Shown here piece by piece: positions 55,945 to 64,000 of a stretch of 64,000 nucleotides of DNA. The stretch comes from Vicugna vicugna. Taxonomy: Eukaryota. Position numbers and translations under genes: made by a program. The notes under the pieces are model-generated. The model saw nothing but the letters and a program-made list of their open reading frames with translations, made no database searches and was not told where the DNA came from. Every line of letters begins with the position of its first letter. Position 1 is the first letter of the stretch. The stretch covers positions 188,591 to 252,590 of the forward strand of contig MU058039.1 of the NCBI GenBank assembly GCA_013265495.1. The letters run 5' to 3'.

Positions 55945-56059
55945 GTGCTCAATTCAGCAGTACATATTCTAAAATTAGAATAACACAGAGATGATTATTA
56001 GCATGGCCCCTGCAAAAGGATAACGACATGCAAGTTTGCGAAGCATCTGACTTTTTTTT
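55945..56059 (+). pseudogene. RNU6: Full-length U6 snRNA retropseudogene
   Basis: GTGCTC...CAGCAGTACATATTCTAAAATTAGAA...ACAGAGA...TTAGCATGGCCCCTGCA..AGGAT...GAAGC...T8 is colinear with U6. It has many substitutions and two 3-nt insertions, and its upstream flank is L1 ORF1 relic rather than a PSE/TATA promoter. Confidence 0.93.
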
Positions 56060-58870
56060 AAGTGAGCGGTGGGGGGAGTATAAATATAGTTTAAGAATAT
56101 ATTCAAAATTAAGTTGCTATCAACTTAGACTTTTATAAATATAGGTGATTTTATGTAAGTTTCATTGTAACCATTAAGCAAAAACCTAGAGTACATACAC
56201 AAAACATAAGAAATTAAACTAAGAATACCAATAAAGCAAGCCATCAAACCATAAAGAGAGCAAAAGAAAAAGAAAGTAACAGAGGAATTAAAAACAGCCA
56301 AAAACCTATTAACAAAATGGCAATAAGTACAAATCTATCAATAATTAAATGTAAATGGATTAAATTCTATGCTCAAAAGACAGAATGGATGAGTGGATGA
56401 AAAAACAAGACCCATCTATACGCTGCCTATGAGAGATTCACTTTAGTCCTAAAGGCACACACAGACTGCACGTGAAGAGTCTGTCTTTTCCCATAAAGAT
56501 ATTCCATGCAAATGGAAACCAAAAAGAAAGTTGGGGTAGCTAGACTTACATCAGACAAAACAGACTTTAAAATAAAGATTGCAATAAAAGACAAAAAGAG
56601 CATTACATAATGATAAAGGGGTCAATCCACCAAGACAATAAACATTTGTAAATATACGTACACCCAACATAGGAGAACCTAAATATATAAGACAAATATT
56701 AACAGGTCTAATGGGAGAAATAGGTAGCAATATAGTAAGAGTAGGTGACTTTCATACCCCATTCACATCAATGGATAGACTGTCAGAGAGAAAATCAATA
56801 AAAAAAAACATTGGCCTTAAACAACAGATTATACCAGATAGACTTAACAGATATATACAGGCATTCCATCCAAAAGCACCTGAATACACATTTTTCTCAA
56901 GTGCACATGGAACAGTCTCTAGGATAGACGATATGTTAGACCACAAAACAAGTCTTAACAAATTTAAGAAGACTGAAATGATATCCAGCATCTTTTCCAA
57001 CTACCTGGTATGAAACTGGAAATAAATTACCAGAAGGAAACTAGAAAATTCACAAATATGTAGAGATTAAACAACATGCTACTGAATAACCAAAGAAATC
57101 AAAAGCAAAATTAAAAATGCCTTGAGACAAATGGAAATATAACACATCAGAACTTATGGGATGCAGCAAAAGCAGTTCTAAGATGGAAGTTCATAGCAAT
57201 AAATGCCTACCTCAAAAATCAAGAAAAATGTCAGATAAACAACCCAACTTTACTTCTCAAGGAGCTAGAAAAGCCCAGACTTAGCAGAAGAAAGGAAATA
57301 ACAGGATCAGAGCAGAAAAAAATGAAAGAGGCTAAGAAGACAATAGAAAAGATCAATGAAACCAAGAACTGATTCTTTGAAAAGGCAAACAAAGTTGACA
57401 AATCTTTAGCCAGATTCACCAACAAAGAAGGAGGACTCAAACAAAATCAGAAAGAGGAGATGTTACAACTGATACCACAAAATACAAAGGATAAGGAACT
57501 ACTACAAAGAATTATAAACCAAAAAATTAGACAACCTAGAAGAAATGGATAAATTCCTAGAAAACTACAACAATCCAAGGCTGAATTATGAATAGAAAAT
57601 CTAAATAGACAGATTAGAGGTAAGGAGGTTGAATCAGTAATAAAAGGCCTTCAAACAACCAGAAATCCAGGTCCAAACAAAAATTAGCTGCACCAAATTC
57701 TACCAAACATTCAAAGAAAAATCACTACCAAACCTTCTAAAAAATCTTCCAAAAAATAGAAGAGGAGAGAACACTTCTAAACTTATTTCACAAGACTAGC
57801 ATTACCCTGATACCAAAACCAGATAAGGATACCACAAGAAAAGAAAATTACAGGTCAATATTCCTGATGAACATGATGCCATATTCCTCAACAAAATATT
57901 AGCAAACATGAACTCAACATAAAGAAGGATCATACACCATGATCAAGTGGGATTTATTCCAGGGATGTGAGGATGGTTCAATATCCATAAATCAATGTCA
58001 TACACCATATTACCAAAATGAATGGTAAAAATCATATGATCATCCCAACAGATACAAGAAAAGCATTTGACAAAATTCAAAATCCATTTTTGATAAAGAC
58101 TCTCAACAAAGTGAGTATAGAGGGAACATACCTCAATGTTACATATATAGTCACATATATATATGACATAGCCCAGGGCTAATACCATAGTTAACGATGT
58201 AAAGCTAAAACCTTTCCTGCTAAGATTAGGGACAAGACAGAATGCTCATTCTTGCTAGTTTTATTCAACATAGTACTGGAAGTCCTAGCTAGAGCAATTA
58301 GGCAAGAAAAAGAAATGAAACACATCCAAATGGAAAGGAAGAAGTAAAACTTTCACTAATTGCAAATAACATGATACACAGAAAACCCTACAGACTGCCA
58401 AAAAAGAAAAAAAAACTGTTAGAACTAATAAATGAATACATTAATGTTGCAGTATACAAAATCAGTACATAGAAACTGCTGCATTTCTATACACTAATAA
58501 TTAACTATAAGAAAGAGAAATTAAGAAAACAATTCTATTTACAACTGCATCAAAAAGAATAAAATACCAAGGAGGTAAAAGGCTGTACAATAAAAACTGC
58601 AAGACACTCATGAAAGAAACTGAAGAAGACACAAAAAGAAAGTTATTCTGTGGCCCATGGATTGGAGGAATTAATATTGTTAAAATGTTCATGCTACCCA
58701 AAGCAATCTACCAATTCAATGCAATTTCTATCAAAAGTCCAATGGCATTTTTCAGGGAAATAGAACAATCTTAAATTTTATATGGAACCACTGAAGACCC
58801 CAAATAGCCAAAGCAATCTTGAGAAATAACAAAGCAGGAGGCATCACACTCCCTGATTTCAAACTATACA
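56060..58870 (+). mobile_element. L1 segment (inter-ORF spacer plus ORF2 EN/RT) fused directly to U6; 3' end absent
   Basis: Spacer homologous to ~43500-43750; ORF2 ATG at 56317; ORF 56711-57013 has EN motifs VGDFHTP and SRIDDML; L1 similarity stops after AAACTATAC at ~58869. Confidence 0.9.
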
Positions 58871-59364
58871 AGACTTCTCTTTGTTTTGTGCATTTGTTTT
58901 GTATATACTTTAAAATGCTTTGTTTTGTATATTTGACTTTCCAAAGATGTAAATGTTTTATATAATTATAAAACAAAATTAAAACCAATGTTAAAAGTCA
59001 TACATAAAAATAAAAAGCAAAAGTAAAACAAATGAATCTAATAATATATCATATTTGTGGCTTAACCGTACAGAGAGAAATTAGTTCTAGCTACTTTTAG
59101 GCACAATAATTGCGCTATACTTCCCAAGGACAAATGAATCCATAAAGAAGTATTAAATTATTTGCAGTTGGAATATTGTAAGTACTGATAATATTCCTCT
59201 GAATTATCTTATTTATGTACACATATGTAGATCTATAGATAGATGGATAGGTGAAGAAATAAAAGATACAAAAATAAAACCAAAGTAAAAACTCCTTATA
59301 AAATTTTAAATTAGAAATAGCAATACGAACTCATGAGGCCTACTTTGTTAAGAATGTATTTCCT

Positions 59365-59700
59365 GCTACAACATTAATAAACACTGAAAACATGCCAAGT
59401 GAAAGAAGTCAGTCACAAAAGACTACATATTGTCCAATTTCATTACTATGAAATATCTGAAGAGACAAGTTTATAGAGACAGAAAGCAGATTAGTGGTTG
59501 ATTAGACTGGGAGGAGGCAGGAGAATATGTTGACTGCTAAAGGGAATGATAATTATTTCAGGGAGGACAAAAATGATCCAAAATTACACTATGGTGATGG
59601 GTGTACAACCTTGTGAATATATTTTTTAAGAAAACATTAAATTGTATATTTTAAAGGGTAAAATGGATGGTATGTGAATTAAGCTGTTAAAACAATTTTA
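59365..59700 (+). mobile_element. Short old L1 3'-end insertion (L1MB-like) nested in an L1MC-like relic
   Basis: AAGTGAAAGAAGTCAGTCACAAAAGACTACATATTG. TSD AATGTATTTCCT at 59353-59364 and 59703-59714. Confidence 0.75.
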
Positions 59701-60419
59701 AAAATGTATTTCCTAGCTCTGTCCACCAAAAAAAAAAAAAAAAGCCTAGAAACAATGATCATGTCAGTAGCAAGAAACATCGTAACTGTGGTCTCACAAT
59801 ACCATTACCCAATAAAGGGTACCACACACAAATGCCTGATTCCATAACTAGGGAAGGAAACATTCAAAATGATCTTCGAACAAAACCGTCGCACAGAAGT
59901 GTAAGACATTATCAAAGACTTCTGAAGATGTATTAAAAGGACTTAGAAGCCGCCTTGAAAAGACAGTCAAAGATGGGAAAATTTGAGCTTCAAAAAGAAA
60001 ATAACCACAATGTTTTGAAACATATCAGATATGCTAAAAGCAATGAGTATGTTTAATAGCAAGATGATTAACTCACTGGGAGATCCTAGGGAACCAATTC
60101 AATAGCCTGAAAACCTATAAAGGGAAAGAATCAATTTATTCTGCCTTTCCTGTACAGACTGTACCTCTGGGTAACCAGAGTGGATGAAGGAAATTTTTTC
60201 TTTAGGAAAATATGCCAGCTAGTAAATGAAGAAGGAATGATAGAATTCGAATATCACCATTTTGTAACCCCTACTGAAATACAAGATGACAATCTTCCAT
60301 GTTTTCTAAAACAAGTATGGTGGTAAAAAGAGAAACTGTTCTATTTTGAACATTTGGCAACTGAAGGGAAAAATATCCTTCTATCTCTCTGCTTTACTTC
60401 CTCTAGTAGTTCAATCCAA

Positions 60420-62430
60420 CAATCATTCAACACCATCGGGAACTTCCACTCCTTCGTTCTACCAATTATTCATTGCCCCTCACCCCCTTCCTATCCTTAC
60501 TTTTCTACTTACTTGGCCTGGAATTCATGGTCAATCAGTACAATTAATTCTTGCTAACTTAGACTTCCTTGCCTCTCTCTCACATTGTTCTGAGTTCATG
60601 AGACAAATACTCTGGTTAAACCTAACTCTCCCCTACCCTTTCTGTGGCTACAACCATACAGATGAACACTGCAGGAGAAAATTTTTAAACCACGTAGAAT
60701 AGGCTCACTTTAAATTCACAAAAACTAACGTCAAGTAGGTCTTCAATGCTGCCTGGAAATCACATTATATTTCTCTACTCTATTCTCTGTCCCATTCTCC
60801 TAAGTGATTATTTTATTCTTTTGCTCTCTTAACATTTGCTCTGGCTACAAGTCTATAGCATTTCTCCCCTTTCTCTTCTGCTTCATCAAGTTTCTCTCTC
60901 TGTTGAACCATTTCAATCAGTTTATCAACAGAGTTATGATGTACCTCTTAACTTCATCTACTACTCTATTTCACTCCTTCCATTTAGGGAAAAACTTAGA
61001 GTTGTCTATACTTATTATCACAAATTCTTCTTCCCCAGTTCTCTCTTTAGACCCATACCCCACTGAAACTGCTCTTCAGGGTCGCCAACCAATTTTCAGG
61101 TTGCTAAATTCAATGTTCCTTTCTCAGTCTTCTTTTACTTGGCTGATCAGCAGCATCTGACACAGTTCTCATTAAAACACATTCTTCCCTTGGTTTCCAG
61201 GATATCATACTCACCTAGTTTCCTTCCAACCACTCTAGCTAGTCCCTTTCAGTCTCTTTTGCTGGTTCCTCCTCACTTCCCAGACCTCATGTTGAAGTGA
61301 CCCAGAGATAAGTCCTTTACCTCTACCATTTGCCATCTTCCCTACCCTCTAAGTGATCTCATCTGGTCTACTGGCTTTAAATATCATCTATATTCTGCTA
61401 ATTCCCAAATGTATGTCTCCAACCTAGGTCTCAGATCTTTCTTTTGAATTTCAGACTTGTATATCCCACTGCCAACTTCGTTTTTCCACCTGAATGTCTA
61501 ATGGGCATCTCATATTTCACATACGATATTTCAAACTGAAATCTCACTATCTCTCTATGCCCCAAGTCAGTTTTCCCCACTTTCCCTTCTCAGTTAATAA
61601 CTCCATTCTTCAAGTTGCTCAGATTAAAAAATAATGTGCCACCTTGTCACACTTACACTCCACATCAGCTATCAGCAAATTATATCAGCTCCAACTTTAG
61701 ATTATATCCAGTACATGAATACTTCTCACCACTTTTACTACTCTGGTCCAGGTCACCAAAACCTTTTCCTCAAATTATCGCAATAGTTTCCTAATTGGTC
61801 TCTCTGCCTCTGCCCTTGTCCCGGCCCTCTTCCACTATTCTTCCCGTAATCCTCTAATCAGAGCACAGAAAGCCTCTTAAACTGTAAGCAGATAGTATCG
61901 TTCACATGTTTGAAACTCTACAACAGCTTCCCTTCTCATTCAGGGTAAAAGCCAAGATCATTAATATGACCCCTAAGGCCCAATGTGATCTGCTCTTCCG
62001 TCCACTTATCTTTCTTCTTCCATCTCTCACCACTCCCCCTCTCATCTGTTCTATTTCAGTGACACCAGCCTCTTCATAATAGGCACATTCCCACCTCAGG
62101 GCCTTTATAACAGTTGCTCACTCTTCCCTCAATTATGTGTTACTATCTCCTTCACTTCCTTCATATGTTATGTTTTCAGGTTGCCTTCCCTAGCAACTCC
62201 ATCTAAAACTCCAGCTCTCATCCCTGATTTTGTATGTCATCCTGCTTTACTTCTTCTCTTAAAATTTTTCACTATTTAATGTATATTTAATTTACTTACC
62301 TCATTTATTATCTGGCCCACAACAATGTAAGTACCATGACAGCAGAGAGTTTGTCTTTCTTGCCCAATGTTATATCCCAAGCATCTATAATTATTCCTGT
62401 CACGGTGGTGAGTGGATAAATGAATAAATC
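60420..62430 (+). mobile_element. L2 (L2a-like) long relic
   Basis: CT-rich, with CACTGAAACTGCTCTT, TCAGCAGCATCTGACACAGTT, GGCTTTAAATATCATCTATA and CCCACCTCAGGGCCTTT motifs and a (TGAA)-like tail. Confidence 0.85.
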
Positions 62431-62745
62431 CTTAATACCCAAAGAACCTGGAAAAGAAATTTGAAAACAGAACACTGCTTTAGAAAAATACTTTAGAAAA
62501 CGTATAATTCTTAAAAAAAGATTTTTTAAATGCTTGACTTCAGTAGTAATCAAACAAATACAAATTAAGGAAATTATTTTACATCTGTGAGGTTAACAAA
62601 GATTACTAATATTAATGATAACCATTGTTATCAAAGGTGTCTGAATATAGGCAATCTTATACTACACCAATAATACTATAGATCATTGGAAACTTATAGG
62701 AGAATAATTGGATAGACGTAGGGCAACTTTTAATAAGTATATACA

Positions 62746-63568
62746 GATTTGGGTCTTTGTGTTCGGTGGCTCCTCAAAGTGAGAAAACTCAGGAACTCAG
62801 AGGCCGTGAGCTGGAGGATTGGTGGTGGGGATGGGAGCAGGTGAGGTGAAGGAGAATGGGCCAGAGCTGTGGCTTCTCCTTCCCCTTTCTTCTGAGGCAA
62901 ATCTTAGTTATGCAAAGTAAAGTTTAGCTGCCATAAGCAGGAGGTCTTAATCAAAGGTTAATGGGGGGGGGGATGTTGAGCAGTTTTGAGTGAAGAGATG
63001 ACTCCTTTAGGCCTTTTGGGGAGAATTTTCCTCCTCTATCCCCACCTCTGCCCCCACCCTCTAAAAGCTTCCAGATAGCGTCTCCTGGAAGAGAGGGGAG
63101 TTTTACCCAAATCTTAAGTGATTCTACACCTGAAAGGAAAGGGGTGGTGTTTGTGGTAAGAGAGGAGGCTGGGTGGGGGGGTTGTGGTGGAATAACCATC
63201 CTCCTACCCTCAACACAACCACACTTCCCTCACCTGATTGGGGGTGGGTGGTGATGGCTGGCAGGGTTCCAGCTAGTTTAGAAAGGTTTTCTCCTTTTTT
63301 CCCCCTTCTAGGATTTTAAGTTTGAGAGGGGGTTTTGGGGAGAAAAGGGGGAATTTGCATGTAAATCTCCTGGGCCTGGTCCTGGATGAAGGATCAATTA
63401 TTTCTATAGTCTCTCGGAGGCGGGAGGGGGACTTAAAAAGAAGAAATAAATTTGAGTTTAGAAAACTCCTTTGCTTCTCAGTATGGGCCAAATCCTCCAG
63501 CCTGGTGAGCTGTTTCCTGATCCGATCAAGAAAATGATTGCTTTAAAAACAAAAACAGAACAACAAGA
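62746..63568 (+). other. ~820-bp unique-looking retro-insertion (orphan transduction or retrocopy) inside an ancient L1 relic
   Basis: 14-bp TSD AATAAG(T/C)ATATACA at 62732-62745 and 63569-63582. Decayed A tail at 63545-63568. GC content is higher than the flanks. Confidence 0.75.
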
Positions 63569-64000
63569 AATAAGCATATACATTTTGACCTATCAATTCC
63601 AGTTTTAAGACCCTACCCCTCCCCTCCTCAAATTAAGAAAGTGCCTTACAACATGTGCCAAATAGCTGCTAATAAACACATTCTTCATAATAGCAAGAAA
63701 CTGAAAAGAACCAAATTACCGATCAATAGGGGTAAATGCACTAAGTGTATGCCATAAAAAACTTTAAAATGATGGCGTAGATTTATAATTGTTTAAATGT
63801 AAAGATATTAATTGTGTACTGTTAAATGACATAGGTAGGTTACAGTTCTGTACGTATAGTGTGATTCCAATTTTTAAGCTACTATGCATATATAATAAAT
63901 GAATGCATATGTATGTATTCACAGAAGGAGGGGGAAAAGATGGTAAATGAATTTTGACAGTGGCTGGTAGAAGTATGAATGATTTTTGTTTTCTAGGGGC

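Noticed and set aside
55945..56059. Functional U6 gene
   Set aside because: Numerous substitutions and indels, no upstream PSE/TATA context, and fusion to L1.

Overview
Mammalian genomic DNA, not prokaryotic. It is probably camelid, because it carries five tRNA-Ala-derived Vic-1-like SINEs. The window holds two convergent KRAB-C2H2 zinc-finger genes. On the + strand is the last coding exon of a ZNF527 ortholog (3481-5060, 11 intact fingers). On the - strand is the complete coding sequence of a ZNF569 ortholog (4 coding exons, 2046 nt, 681 aa, KRAB-A/B plus 18 fingers). The rest is dominated by decayed L1, L2, MIR, LTR and DNA-transposon relics. I found no CRISPR array, no intact autonomous element and no convincing new biological system. 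The most notable signals are several non-L1 sequences apparently mobilised by L1: a U6/L1 chimera, an ~820-bp orphan insert, a 200-bp mRNA 3'-end retrocopy, a 73-bp tailless GC-rich insert and a dimeric polyadenylated insert. Also notable are fossil zinc fingers in both 3' UTRs and a MER41-like solo LTR. Gene symbols and repeat family names come from recalled sequences, not from a search, and boundaries of old repeats are approximate.
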